Positions 45,740-56,702 of a stretch of 64,000 nucleotides of DNA are shown piece after piece. The DNA is taken from sequence record MT322327.1; one strand, written 5' to 3'. The DNA comes from Escherichia phage SSBS18_WS_10_728. A program made the position numbers and the translations under genes. The number at the start of each line of letters is the position of its first letter. The stretch's first letter is position 1. Under the pieces are notes generated by a model. That model had not been told where the DNA came from. It worked only from the letters and a program-made list of their open reading frames with translations, and ran no database searches.

Positions 45740-46237
45740 TCAAGCACAATTCGCTTTCATTACCTTATGGATTCTTTTTTCAGCATCTTCATAAGTTTCT
45801 TTAGTAATAAACTTAATTGCTGCAATATTGGCATTGTAGAAGAGTCTGAGCTTAGAGTCAATCCTTTTTGTCATTACATCGAATTTATGTTGGAGATTTG
45901 CTTCACCATAAACTAGGCCACCTTTCGTGTAGTAGGTTTGGATAATGTAAAAGTCAAAAAATTCCTTTCCAAAGCTCTCGATATCTTTTTTAATATACTC
46001 AGAAGAAGTCTCATAAGTCATCCAATCACTCTCCTTAGTGACTACCTTCTTCCGAGTCTTGCCAGCAACTTTTCTTTTGGTCACACTATTAAGCTGTTTC
46101 TTTCCAATATAATACTGTCCGGTTTTCTTACAGTGTACTAAATAGACAAAACCAAAATGTTTAGTGGGGTCAACTTCCCCACATAAAGATACCCAATGAC
46201 CATAGGTAGGGCAATTACCAAATCCTTTAATCTTCAT
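45740..46237 (-). CDS. GIY-YIG endonuclease-like protein
   Basis: N-terminal GFVYLVHCKKTGQYYIGKK resembles GIY-x10-YIG motif. Confidence 0.5.
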   Translation of the reverse strand: MKIKGFGNCPTYGHWVSLCGEVDPTKHFGFVYLVHCKKTGQYYIGKKQLNSVTKRKVAGKTRKKVVTKESDWMTYETSSEYIKKDIESFGKEFFDFYIIQTYYTKGGLVYGEANLQHKFDVMTKRIDSKLRLFYNANIAAIKFITKETYEDAEKRIHKVMKANCA

Positions 46238-47267
46238 TCATACACGGCTCCCAATTATATTTCTTAAAAGAGAAATCGTCTTTCTTGTTTCTTTCCTGAT
46301 AAGCTAAGAAAAAGTGTTGCTGCATTAATTCTAAAGGTGTTCTGGTGATTGTCTGACCATCCCACGATACATAGGTGTATGACTCTTTCTTAGCATAAAG
46401 CTCATAAATTGCATCAAGACACTCTTTGTAAGTGGTTTTACCTTCAAGGGCTTTCATTATAGTAGCCTTACCAACGCCCTTCAAACCAAAATAATTATCC
46501 GCATTATCACCAGCCACAGCTTGGTAGCAAAGAAATTTAAAACCTACCCCTACTGTCTTTTTAGCTTTTGGTGTCGATTTTATTGGGCAATCCCAGATAT
46601 CACCAACGTTATTGTCAGCAATAAAAATTAGTGGTGACTTTTCATAAGTCATATCAATACAATAAGTACCTTCAGCTTGTCGAAGGTCTTTATCAATGCT
46701 CATAAGAGCAGCTTTCTTACCCATCTTTTCAGCTTTAGCAATTACGATTGAATCGGCTTCGAAGCCACCCCTTAAGAGCTTGAACTCTGGTCTGGATAAA
46801 AGATATTCACGACAAGCGACTAAGTGCGTTGGTGTGACAGCATCTTTACGGTTACCTTGATATTGGTGCTCAAGACCTTTAACGTCTTTATGTTTATGTA
46901 CACCTTTCTCTGTTAAGTAACCTACCCAAATTCTTTCTTTACCAACAACCTTAAGCCATTCCTGAAGAACCTGCTGAGTAGCCATGATAGCTTCTTTTTC
47001 ACTCTTAGCTTCTTTCCAGGTCTGTCTTTCCCATTCATCCTCATCAAATGTTAGGCCAAGCTCTTCCACAAAGATTCTCTGGTCTGCTAACCATCTTGCA
47101 GCATCTTTTGCATTATCAAATGGTTCAGACTCTTCTGCTGTGAGTTTATTGACGTATTTATATTTTGCTTTCTCAACTACACAAGCACCTTTATAGGCAA
47201 TACTGTCAGAGTCAATAAAGACATGTGTAACTGAATCGGGAAGTTTTGTTAGCGTATACTTCTCCAT
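46227..47267 (-). CDS. 5'-3' exonuclease / flap endonuclease
   Basis: H3TH motif GVGFKFLCYQAVAGDNADNYFGLKGVGKATIMKAL; GGAGAG RBS. Confidence 0.75.
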   Translation of the reverse strand: MEKYTLTKLPDSVTHVFIDSDSIAYKGACVVEKAKYKYVNKLTAEESEPFDNAKDAARWLADQRIFVEELGLTFDEDEWERQTWKEAKSEKEAIMATQQVLQEWLKVVGKERIWVGYLTEKGVHKHKDVKGLEHQYQGNRKDAVTPTHLVACREYLLSRPEFKLLRGGFEADSIVIAKAEKMGKKAALMSIDKDLRQAEGTYCIDMTYEKSPLIFIADNNVGDIWDCPIKSTPKAKKTVGVGFKFLCYQAVAGDNADNYFGLKGVGKATIMKALEGKTTYKECLDAIYELYAKKESYTYVSWDGQTITRTPLELMQQHFFLAYQERNKKDDFSFKKYNWEPCMNED

Positions 47268-47329
47268 TGTGACTCTCCATATGAAAAAGCCCCATACTAA
47301 GTACAGGGCTTTAAAGTAACTTTTAGAGA

Positions 47330-48187
47330 TTAATCTTCTGTATCGAAGTCTTCATCTTCTTCATCATCTGGGTCTGGCAAGTCTTCATCGTCGCCATCAT
47401 CAGAAGCATTAGAAGGTTTGTGGTCTGTTGCGTCTTCTTCAGTGATTTCACCGTTATCTTCAACACCATCAAGACCAAGCATAGCCAGTTCGTCTTCATC
47501 CAGTTCAGGTTCACCGTTAGCACCGTTACCACCAGTGTAAGGTACAAGGGTATCAATGATAAACTGTTCCTGAATAGGTTTTGTCAGAACATTGTTCTCA
47601 AAAGTGTAGAAGTGAGTAGAAAGAATCACACTACCGAAAGAACCGTTACCGACTGCAATATCTGGATGAATTACATCATAGTTCTTGTCATCTTCATGTT
47701 TATCAGATGCCTGAGCTTTGATTTTCTTCATCGGCTGTTTAACAGCTACACGCTTACCATTCACTTCTTCAATCAGCATTACAGGGAATGACTGTTTAGC
47801 TGTCCACACAGCACCATCTTTATAAGCTGCTGCACGACTTACTTTCAAGATGTAGTAAGTGTCTGCTTCAAATGGTGGTTTGCAACCAAACTTCTCTTCG
47901 AAGTCATCTGCATCAACTGCTTCAGTAGTAACTTTATCCCAACCTTCTGGGTTTTTCTTGGACTTAGTAAACTCTTTAAATAGTTTGTTACCATCTTCTG
48001 CCAGAATTGAAACACTGTAGTTACAGTCTTTGCCTGGGAATTTCTTATCAATGGATTTACCTTTTCCCGGACGTGGTGAAGTGTTCAGGTAATAAAACCA
48101 GACATCTTTCAGAAGGTAACGCAGAGTTTGACGTTCAGTACCGTTGTACTTCTCTACCGGAGCTTTCATTTTAACAACTTTAGACAT
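47330..48187 (-). CDS. single-stranded DNA-binding protein-like (acidic C-terminal tail)
   Basis: C-terminus DDGDDEDLPDPDDEEDEDFDTED; sits in the replication block. Confidence 0.5.
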   Translation of the reverse strand: MSKVVKMKAPVEKYNGTERQTLRYLLKDVWFYYLNTSPRPGKGKSIDKKFPGKDCNYSVSILAEDGNKLFKEFTKSKKNPEGWDKVTTEAVDADDFEEKFGCKPPFEADTYYILKVSRAAAYKDGAVWTAKQSFPVMLIEEVNGKRVAVKQPMKKIKAQASDKHEDDKNYDVIHPDIAVGNGSFGSVILSTHFYTFENNVLTKPIQEQFIIDTLVPYTGGNGANGEPELDEDELAMLGLDGVEDNGEITEEDATDHKPSNASDDGDDEDLPDPDDEEDEDFDTED

Positions 48188-48405
48188 TATTTAAACCTCT
48201 ATCTCAATTTATGAAGAGTACCAATTCTAATTTGTTGATACTCTATTGTCAAATATTAATTACTGGAAGTTGTGCTTATCTTTAGAAGCTGCTTTACGTG
48301 CAGTTTTTCCAGTTCTCACACGCTTCTCTTCATAGTATTTTGCTGGTTTACCAGCAGTGGCTTTTAAGGAATCCCCAAAAACTTGTTCAAATGCTTTAGA
48401 GTGTT

Positions 48406-48699
48406 TCATGATATTCTCCGATATACTTGATATTCAAACACATTTTCTTTAATTATAAACAGCCAACCAATATTATGTTTAGGTATAGTAATGGTGACTG
48501 TGATTATGCTGTGATGGAACTTTTCTTCTACCTCAACGCCTCCATCACATTTCATGTAGAGCATTCTATAGAACCTATCAACCTTTGTCAAACACTCTTC
48601 CTGAAATTCATTTAAACTTTTTTCTTCAAAGAAGGGTATGAACCCCTCTCTTTTATAACTATCATTCAGTTTCGAATGGGCAGTCATCTGCATCCTCAC
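48406..48699 (-). CDS. hypothetical protein
   Basis: 97-aa ORF. Confidence 0.4.
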   Translation of the reverse strand: MRMQMTAHSKLNDSYKREGFIPFFEEKSLNEFQEECLTKVDRFYRMLYMKCDGGVEVEEKFHHSIITVTITIPKHNIGWLFIIKENVFEYQVYRRIS

Positions 48700-50647
48700 T
48701 TAATACAGGTGGAATCGTTGAGCTTTGACGCTGTTCTTCAGTATAGACTTCACCAGTCTCACGGTCAAATACTTCATCCTCATAATGAGGTAAAGAGTCA
48801 TCATAATGGTCTTCAGCTTCACCAATACCAAACTGTTGACGAATATTTTCTGCTGCACCATCAATGTCAACACCACATCCAGAAGCTTTGATAAGACGCC
48901 CTGTATCTGGATTGTACCAAGTATGACCAGCAATACCTGTTGACTTACCATGACGACGACACTTAGTTAACTTGATTTTTGTCAAGTTTTTCTTAACAGG
49001 GTCTGGGTCAACCTTGTTACGCATTAACAGAATGTTGTTCATGGAAATCTGGAAATACGCACCAGAACCCTTAATATCCTCTTCAGAGATGTCCCCACCT
49101 TCAGAGTTAGCTTTCTGACCACCTGCGCTCTTACGAACGTGGCAGACGTTCACCTGTGCATACTGGTAGCGTTTGCAACGACGCAATAGCTCAGACAAAA
49201 CTTCCTCTTCATCCGTATCTGAACGTGACAGAGCCAACGTAATAGGGTCAAGAATGATAATCTTACAGTCTAAACTATTAACAAGATAGTCTACAAACTC
49301 AAGCAGGTTATCTTGGTCAATTGCCCCTTGATGGTCAACAATATGGATGCGACGGCCTTTTGAAAGCTCGGCGTGTGCTTCCTTTAATTCATCCCAATCT
49401 CGTTCATCATAAGGAATCTCAGAAATCTGCTTACTAAGGTGGATTGCACAGAGCATCTCCATCAACTCTTCATAGGTATCTTCTACCGGAATTACACCAA
49501 TATTATAATCAGTTTCTTTCCAAGCAGTGTAAATCATTTCACGGGTGTAAGCTGATTTGCCTACTGAAGATGGTGCTGCCAGAGTTGTAATCTCACCTAA
49601 ACCGTAACCACCATAAGTTAGCCTGTTCAAGTCCCCGAAAGATTCTGGGAAAGGAATCAATGGAATCTGACCACGATTCTTCATTGCCTCAAAACCATCT
49701 GCAAAGTTCTTGATACCAGCAGGGCAGTAGCGAGGTGCGTTATAGATACGCTGCTTAAATCCTTCCAGAACTGTATCTTTCTCTTTATAGAACTTTGTCC
49801 ACCATTCGTTAAGGTCTTTTACACCCTCTGGATACTGGAATAAGCGAACCTTCTCAATCGGAAGGATACCAGCAGCCTCTTTGGTAGCTTTAGCACCTGC
49901 TTCATCATTATCGAAGCACAAGTAAATCTCATCAAATGATGTGATGTACTGATAGTTATCTTTGATAGATTTAATGTTTGCGCCTGATGGGACAGATACG
50001 TGACAGTAATTCTTACGGCGAGACTTGTCTTTAATCGCCAAAGAAGTCATATAGATTGCTGTGGCACATTCCATCTCACCTTCCCAGATGAATAGACGGT
50101 TGCCACCTTCTGGAGCAATCCATGAACCGAACATTGCCAGTTCACCTTTAATATCTCCAACACCACCTGAAAAGTCTTTTAGCTTACCACGTAGGTGTTC
50201 TTTTGGATGGTCTTCGGGATAACGGTGACGAACACGGTAGCCAACATGTTCTAGCTTGCCATCTTCATTACGTTTGTAAGTTGGGTAGAAATGTGCATCA
50301 ATTTCACCGTCACTGTCAATGTCAACCTTGATGCCTAAACGTTCAAGGACTTTTGCAGGAATCTTCCTGTCTTTCAAGTCCATTGCTTCTAGGTTTTCTT
50401 TTACATCGTCTAAATCCATTCCACGGAAAGTACGGTTTTTATTATCTGAACCAGTAGAATAAGTGCTCACGATTTGTCCTTTATCAAAATCCCACTCTGG
50501 GAAACCTTTGTTACAACTAAAGCAAGTCATCGAATAAGAATCATCGTCATGATGATAGATTGAACCAGCATCTGATGAACCACAACGTGGACATGCACAA
50601 TGACCAATAAACTGACCAGCCTCTTTCAATTTACGACCTTTAGACAT
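48662..50647 (-). CDS. bifunctional DNA primase-helicase (T7 gp4-like)
   Basis: N-terminal Zn finger CxxC...CxxC, TOPRIM LCFDNDEAG, Walker A APSSVGKS, Walker B IIILDPIT; start at ATG 50647 with GAAGAGG RBS. Confidence 0.8.
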   Translation of the reverse strand: MSKGRKLKEAGQFIGHCACPRCGSSDAGSIYHHDDDSYSMTCFSCNKGFPEWDFDKGQIVSTYSTGSDNKNRTFRGMDLDDVKENLEAMDLKDRKIPAKVLERLGIKVDIDSDGEIDAHFYPTYKRNEDGKLEHVGYRVRHRYPEDHPKEHLRGKLKDFSGGVGDIKGELAMFGSWIAPEGGNRLFIWEGEMECATAIYMTSLAIKDKSRRKNYCHVSVPSGANIKSIKDNYQYITSFDEIYLCFDNDEAGAKATKEAAGILPIEKVRLFQYPEGVKDLNEWWTKFYKEKDTVLEGFKQRIYNAPRYCPAGIKNFADGFEAMKNRGQIPLIPFPESFGDLNRLTYGGYGLGEITTLAAPSSVGKSAYTREMIYTAWKETDYNIGVIPVEDTYEELMEMLCAIHLSKQISEIPYDERDWDELKEAHAELSKGRRIHIVDHQGAIDQDNLLEFVDYLVNSLDCKIIILDPITLALSRSDTDEEEVLSELLRRCKRYQYAQVNVCHVRKSAGGQKANSEGGDISEEDIKGSGAYFQISMNNILLMRNKVDPDPVKKNLTKIKLTKCRRHGKSTGIAGHTWYNPDTGRLIKASGCGVDIDGAAENIRQQFGIGEAEDHYDDSLPHYEDEVFDRETGEVYTEEQRQSSTIPPVLSEDADDCPFETE

Positions 50648-50840
50648 TAGCACCTCTTCGTTGTAGTTCTGCCTTCAATCCGTTTTCAATTTTGTCCAGT
50701 TCATGAATTTCATCTGCAATCTCTTTCCTTCGTGATTCAACTCTCTTAAGACGTTCAATCATTACCTCATTGGAAAGAGATGAGAGTTCCACTAAACGAT
50801 GGTCAATAACTTTGAAATTATCTTTTACTCTCATCTTCAT
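50640..50840 (-). CDS. hypothetical small coiled-coil protein
   Basis: 66-aa ORF. Confidence 0.35.
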   Translation of the reverse strand: MKMRVKDNFKVIDHRLVELSSLSNEVMIERLKRVESRRKEIADEIHELDKIENGLKAELQRRGANV

Positions 50841-50848
50841 CCTCTCTT

Positions 50849-51592
50849 TTAAATTTTCAGGATAGCTCTTAGCTTGCTTTCAAGGTCTTCAAGAGTACCA
50901 TTATTATGGATAATGTCACGCGCATATTTGGTAGAAATTCCATTTTCTGAAACATGTGATGAAACCTTATCCACATTGTCTCTTTTTACTTCAATAATTT
51001 GGTGTGCAAATCTACTCAGCCACTCAGCTTCAGAGTCAAATCTTAAGTCACTGATTAAAACAACACCTTCTTGATTTCTAAGTGAGCAAACGTCAAAGAA
51101 ATTTGCCATTCGTTTTTCAAGGTCTTTAGCCCAGAATTTGTCACCCATAACTTTACGGATAACTTCAGTTCCCCAAATCTGTTGAATTTGTCTTGATGAA
51201 AATTTATACTTTTTACTAAACCCCAGACGTGTTAACAAAGTTGGTTTAGCAACCTTCTTTAGTTCCATAATTAACCGTCCGGTTAACTCTGACATAAGTT
51301 TAAAGTCCGTATGATAACGTTCACCTCTGAAGGTAAACTCCATAGCTTCTGTGACTTTGAACATCAGTTCAGGGTATGATAAATCAAAAACCTGTGGAGT
51401 TTCTTTAGTTTCACCGTACAGGTCATTCCAAGTCAAGTCAAATATCTTTGATGCAGAGAGTTTAAGGTTGTCTGCATAGGCCATTACTGCAACATTGTAA
51501 CCATACTCATCTTCTAGGATATTCTTAACAATCGAACATGAGGTATCCTTTCCAGAACGTGCCTTTCCAGTAAATGCGATAATACTACTCAT
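50849..51592 (-). CDS. deoxynucleoside monophosphate kinase (T4 gp1-like)
   Basis: P-loop AFTGKARSGKDT; start set to ATG 51592 with AAGGGAGA RBS. Confidence 0.65.
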   Translation of the reverse strand: MSSIIAFTGKARSGKDTSCSIVKNILEDEYGYNVAVMAYADNLKLSASKIFDLTWNDLYGETKETPQVFDLSYPELMFKVTEAMEFTFRGERYHTDFKLMSELTGRLIMELKKVAKPTLLTRLGFSKKYKFSSRQIQQIWGTEVIRKVMGDKFWAKDLEKRMANFFDVCSLRNQEGVVLISDLRFDSEAEWLSRFAHQIIEVKRDNVDKVSSHVSENGISTKYARDIIHNNGTLEDLESKLRAILKI

Positions 51593-51653
51593 TCTATCTC
51601 CCTTCATTACTAAAAAGCCCCCAACTAAGGAGGCTTGTAAGGTTTATAAAGAC

Positions 51654-52466
51654 TTAGTGCAGTTGGTCAGTATTAATCTGTGAATACTCTTTTTCAGCCA
51701 TAGCTGAGATTTGCTTCACAAAATCGTCACCAAAGTTAATACGCAGTTTCTCTTCAATGATTGAAGCACCGATGTTAACCAAAACATCATTGATTGCTTG
51801 CATACTCACACCACCAGTCATGCTCTCAATGAACTCAATGCTTGTACCCATCATCTGTGAAAGTTGGATTAGTGCAGTGATATTCATCATCGTGGAGATA
51901 GCTGGAATCATCAATGCAACTTTCACCTGAAGTGGTTCTATATCAGCTACAGAATCATTTTTTACAGCTTCTTCCAAAGATTCTTTGGTTTGCTGGATAA
52001 TCTCTTTGATTCGTGGGTTTAACTCTTCTACACCCCAATCAAGTTTTTCATATCGTGACAGCTTCTCTTCCATTCGCTTCTCAAGAGCAGCCATAACAGC
52101 ACTCGTTGACGAAATTAACAGGTCAATTAGCTCATTATTATCTAAGAGCAGTAGCGAGTCTTTTTCTTCAGAAGTCATAGCAATATAGTCATTTTTCTGC
52201 ATTTCATAAAAAATGAACTCTGCAAGAGCATCAACACCTACAACGATAGATGCTAAAGCAAGTTTTTTGTCGCAAAGCATCATGTTGACCTGTTCTGCAA
52301 AAGCACCGTTATCAGACTTGTCTTTAGGTAGGTTATAGCTTGCAGGCATAAACTGTTCTGTGTAGTTGTTTCCACGAAGAATCATAGCCATGCTTTCTAC
52401 GGCATTGATTAAGAATGCTTCGTCAATACCTTTTTCTTCAAGCATTTGTTCTACATTGATATTCAT
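51654..52466 (-). CDS. hypothetical protein
   Basis: 270-aa ORF. Confidence 0.5.
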   Translation of the reverse strand: MNINVEQMLEEKGIDEAFLINAVESMAMILRGNNYTEQFMPASYNLPKDKSDNGAFAEQVNMMLCDKKLALASIVVGVDALAEFIFYEMQKNDYIAMTSEEKDSLLLLDNNELIDLLISSTSAVMAALEKRMEEKLSRYEKLDWGVEELNPRIKEIIQQTKESLEEAVKNDSVADIEPLQVKVALMIPAISTMMNITALIQLSQMMGTSIEFIESMTGGVSMQAINDVLVNIGASIIEEKLRINFGDDFVKQISAMAEKEYSQINTDQLH

Positions 52467-52467
52467 A

Positions 52468-52890
52468 TTATTTCTCTCTCAGTTGGTTAAGTTTCTTTCT
52501 AGAACATTTTAAGTTTTCGGATGAAGAAAAGTCAAGTGTCTTTTCAGAACGTGGATAGTAATGTCTATCCCAAGAAGTTTCAACATCGTTAATCAGTGAC
52601 GCTAGATTACACAGGTCTGTACCACTTTGCAACCTCTTTTTAAGAGAATCTAGTAAAGCAACTGTGTCTTTAGCTTTACGCCTCGCTGTAGCAACATCTT
52701 TCATATGCTCAAATACAGAGCATTTTAAGTCATCTTCATAGTTTTCAGACAACTCTATTTCATGTTGTATATCAACCATTCTCCTGTGATGGTGAGCATA
52801 TTCCCGTTGAGCAGCAATGTCAAGTTCTTCCAACTTCTGCAAAGCTCTAACAAAGTCAGCTATGTCTGGGTGAACAAACATTTTCTGCAT
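52468..52890 (-). CDS. hypothetical protein
   Basis: 140-aa ORF. Confidence 0.5.
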   Translation of the reverse strand: MQKMFVHPDIADFVRALQKLEELDIAAQREYAHHHRRMVDIQHEIELSENYEDDLKCSVFEHMKDVATARRKAKDTVALLDSLKKRLQSGTDLCNLASLINDVETSWDRHYYPRSEKTLDFSSSENLKCSRKKLNQLREK

Positions 52891-53147
52891 GTAAGCCTCT
52901 TTTAAGTAACTATTAAGTTTTAATCTTTTATCTTAACGTATTCTATACGTTATACTTTAAAGCTTTTTAAAAGCTATTAAATAATCTTTTAAGAGTTTTA
53001 AAGTATCTGTATAGTTAAACTGTTAAGTAACCTTTTAAGTAAAAACCCACTTCGCAAAGATTAACACCTTGTCAAGTACATTGTCAACTTGCTTTTTATA
53101 ATTTTTTGCAGTAATGTATGAGGTTAATGATTTTAGAGGGAGTAAAA

Positions 53148-55290
53148 ATGGAAAACGTAGATTTTAAAAACTTACATTTAGTTGGTGATACAGAAACTGA
53201 TGGTTTACTCCTTGAGTTCACTAAGGTGCACGTAATGGCTTTCGCAGACTATAAATCTGACGATGAAGAGCCACCTGTATGGGTCTTTACAGACGAGCCT
53301 ATCCTCGGTCACAAGTATACCAAGCACATTAAGGGTGGTTTACGTGAAGGTGTTGAGTTTGCGTTAAAGGCAAAACGACTTTGCATCCATAATGGTCTGG
53401 GATATGACTGGTGGGTTTTCAATCACATCGCACCTGATTTGTGGAACTTTGATAATCCAAAGTGTAAACCGTGGAGTAATTTCTTTCAGGACTCTCTTAT
53501 CCAGTCTCGTGTTCAGTGGATGGATAGACCAACTCCAAAAGGCTATAAAGGTGCTCATGGCTTGGCTGCATGGGGTGCTCGTGTTGGTGTACGTAAACCA
53601 GAGATTGAACATTGGGGTGTGTGGAATGCAGAAATCTTCACTCGTGTTGTGGAAGATATCCGTATTAACGCCAAAACTAAACGTGCACTGGATAATGAAT
53701 ACCTGAAGTTAAAGAAGTGTGGTATAGACACTTATGAAACCTATATGCGAGCTAAAGAAACATCTTTCTGGATGAGTCAACAAGCTATCAATGGTTGGAA
53801 AGCTGATAAAGAGCTTATGGAGTTCCATGTAAAGGAGCTTGACAAGTTGACTAATGAGCTTGCTTCGGAAGTTGAACCACACCTTCCTCCAACTATTAAG
53901 ACCAAAGGTAAAGTCACTGGAGAAGAGTTTGCAAAAGCTTGGAATGAGTATGTGGAAGCGTTCGGTCATGCAGATGGACTGAAGAGAATTACCAAGTACC
54001 CTAAGACGAAGTACCGTCAGCAGGTACGTAACGGTGAGATGCAGACATACGAAATCAAACCATTTGGTAAGCCAACTACAAAGATTTTTAACATTGAAAA
54101 GAGAAATTGTTATACACCAACCAACTCTGTAACTGGTGAAGAGTACAAGGAAGGTTTTGTAGCAATGAAGGATGCTCGTGCAATTTGCAATGAGTTGAAT
54201 GCAAAGATTGGTAAGAAATGCAAAGACTGGAAGCCAGTAAAAACAGTTAAAACTGTGAAGTACTATAACAGTCATGTTGTTAACCACTTTGAGCTTGAGT
54301 CAAGTCGCTACACAGGTTTGATTGATGCACCATATACCCCAATTGAGTTCGAAGTTTCTCGTATGACTCAGGTAGCAGTTGTTAAAGACTACTTGAAATC
54401 AGTTGGTTGGATTCCAGATGACTGGAACTACAAGAAAGACTCAGATGGTCGTCCTGTCAAAGTTTGTCGTTTCAAAGACAACAAAAAGATGATTACAAAG
54501 CATCCTAAGTGGCAGGAGATGGTTGAACGGTGTGGCTTGAGTTATGTTGAACATGAAGGTGTCCAGTACATTGAACATAACTGGTCTGTGAAGAAGTACA
54601 CAGATTTGCTTGAGCCTTGCTTAATCCGTACTTCACCAAAACTTACTGAATCTTCTTACGATACGATTGAAGGTGAGCTTGGACAGAAGATTGCTAAGTA
54701 CTACACTTTGATGCACCGACGCAGAACTATTGAGAACTCAAAGGATGATGAAAAAGGCTGGTTGAACCAGATTCGTCCTGATGGTCGCCTTAGTGCTGGT
54801 GCAATGGTATTTGGTACTTCAACTGGACGTATGACACAATATGGTATTGTAAACGTACCGTCTGGTGCTGCTGTCTATGGGGAACCGATGAGGGCAGTGT
54901 GGATTTGTGAAGAAGGTACTAACGTTGTCTCTGTAGACATGAACTCAGCCCAGCTAGTTCTCCTTTGTAACTTTATGGGTGACAAAGAGTTCACTAAAGC
55001 AGTAACTGAAGGTAAAGAGTCAGTAGAATTTACCAAGCAAGAAGATGGGAGATATTATTGCAAACATCTTGATAAGTACCTTAATCCAGAAACTGATAAG
55101 TATCTTCGTTATGATGCTGAGAATGACCTCTATGAAGTCTACACAGGTACTGATGCACATACACTGAACAGTATCTATTTTGCATTGAACAAAGAGGATG
55201 ACATTATTCGTTGTAGAGAAACTCAGGATGAAGAACTTCTTCACGAGATAACTAAAGGCCGTAAGAAGGCTAAGAATGGTATCTATGCGT
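53148..55290 (+). CDS. DNA polymerase family A, exon 1 (3'-5' exonuclease and N-terminal polymerase domains)
   Basis: Exo I motif VGDTETDGL; motif A VDMNSAQLVLL; AGAGGGA RBS before ATG 53148; reading frame is interrupted where polymerase motif B begins. Confidence 0.75.
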
Positions 55291-55557
55291 CAGTGGCGCA
55301 TGTAAAACGTTGTGAATTGCTGGAAGCCTAAGTCTGAGAAGATACGGTAATCAGCAGCGAAGCCTCTTGAGAGGAACGTTCAGAGACTATCGAAAAGCAT
55401 ACTTAATGTATGAACTGAGTAGAGTAGGGTGGTAAGCTAATGACCATTCCCAAGTGCAACGGTAGCATCCTGCTACGTGATATAGTCCGACACTCCGTAG
55501 AAATGCGGAGAAGTTCATAAGAGAACTGGTACACCTTGCGAGTGTATTGACCAGATG
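55291..55557 (+). ncRNA. group I self-splicing intron in the DNA polymerase gene
   Basis: Exon 1 ends in U paired to G of internal guide GCGCA (P1 = exon UGCGU with intron GCGCA); intron ends in G; splicing restores in-frame motif B ...IYALLFGAGDEKF... Confidence 0.7.
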
Positions 55558-56114
55558 TATTGTTCGGTGCAGGTGATGAGAAGTTTGCCAAAACTATCAA
55601 GGCATCATCTACGGAAGAAGGTGCATTGACTAAACAAACTTACTATATGCGTCTGCCAAAGATTAAGAAGTTACTTGATAGCTTAGAAGCCGATTTTAAG
55701 GCGTCTAAAAAGGCTCTGGAAGAGGTTTTCGGGAAGAACTCTTCAATTGCTAAAGGTGGTTATATCAGGGTTGCTGGAGCATGGATATGGTGCAAATCTC
55801 CACATAAACTGCTGAACTACCTTCTGATGAGTTCGGAAGCACAGATTCAGAATGAGGCCATCAACCTAGCAGCAAGAAAAGCTTGTGAAGATGGTCTGAC
55901 AAAACTGAATGCTCGAAAACCAGCTATCGGAGCAAGGTTACTTCTGGCATATCACGATGAAAATAGTTGGGAATGTCCAGAGGGTATGACACATGATATG
56001 AAAGCAATTGCTGACTGGATGTATGGACAAGCTTCAAAAAACTTAGGTTTGAGGAAAGAAACACTTGTAACTGGCACAGCAAAGGTTGGTAAGAGTTGGT
56101 ATGAGGTACATTGA
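55558..56114 (+). CDS. DNA polymerase family A, exon 2 (motifs B and C)
   Basis: LFGAGDEKFAK matches T7-type motif B YGAGDEK; motif C YHDE; no ATG start, in frame after splicing. Confidence 0.75.
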
Positions 56115-56117
56115 TTG

Positions 56118-56651
56118 ATGGATTTTATTTCACAAGAACGTTTAAAGGAGCTGCTGCACTATGACCCCGAAACAGGGGTCTTTACTTGGCTTCGTAGAGA
56201 AGGTAAATCAAGAGCTGTTAGTGTTTTTAACAGTAACTATGCAGGAAAGGTAGCAGGTAATATCCAGACTGATTCAAGTGGTCATAAACAGATTAGTATC
56301 TATTTTGACAAGAAAGCACATAAAGCACACAGACTCGCATGGCTTTACGTGTATGGCAAGATGCCAAAAGGTATCATTGACCATATCAACGGAGACTCAC
56401 TTGACAACAGGATTGTAAACTTAAGGGAAGCAGATGATTTTCAAAGTGCTTGGAATAAAGGTAAACCAGTCACCAATAAATCTGGGTACAAGGGTGTAAG
56501 CCTTAAGAAGAAGTCTGGTAAGTGGGTCGCACAGATAAGTTATAAAGGTAAGAAGATGTTTTTAGGTTACCATGATACACCTGAAGAAGCCCATAAAGCT
56601 TACTGTGAAGCTGCTGTGAAACTCCACGGAGAGTTTGCAAAACTATCTTGA
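56118..56651 (+). CDS. HNH endonuclease with AP2 DNA-binding domain
   Basis: HNH motif DHINGDSLDNRIVNLR and AP2-like GYKGVSLKKKSGKWVAQISYKGKKMFLGYH; directly after the polymerase. Confidence 0.65.
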   Translation: MDFISQERLKELLHYDPETGVFTWLRREGKSRAVSVFNSNYAGKVAGNIQTDSSGHKQISIYFDKKAHKAHRLAWLYVYGKMPKGIIDHINGDSLDNRIVNLREADDFQSAWNKGKPVTNKSGYKGVSLKKKSGKWVAQISYKGKKMFLGYHDTPEEAHKAYCEAAVKLHGEFAKLS

Positions 56652-56702
56652 CAAGGTGCTCATGGAAGAGTACCTTATACAATATCTTATATAGGAGGTG
56701 AT

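Noticed and set aside
55291-55557. Intein or programmed frameshift as the cause of the split DNA polymerase
   Set aside because: The insertion is only 267 nt, contains stop codons in all frames and no intein motifs; P1 pairing with U-G wobble and terminal G fit a group I intron, and precise excision restores motif B in frame.
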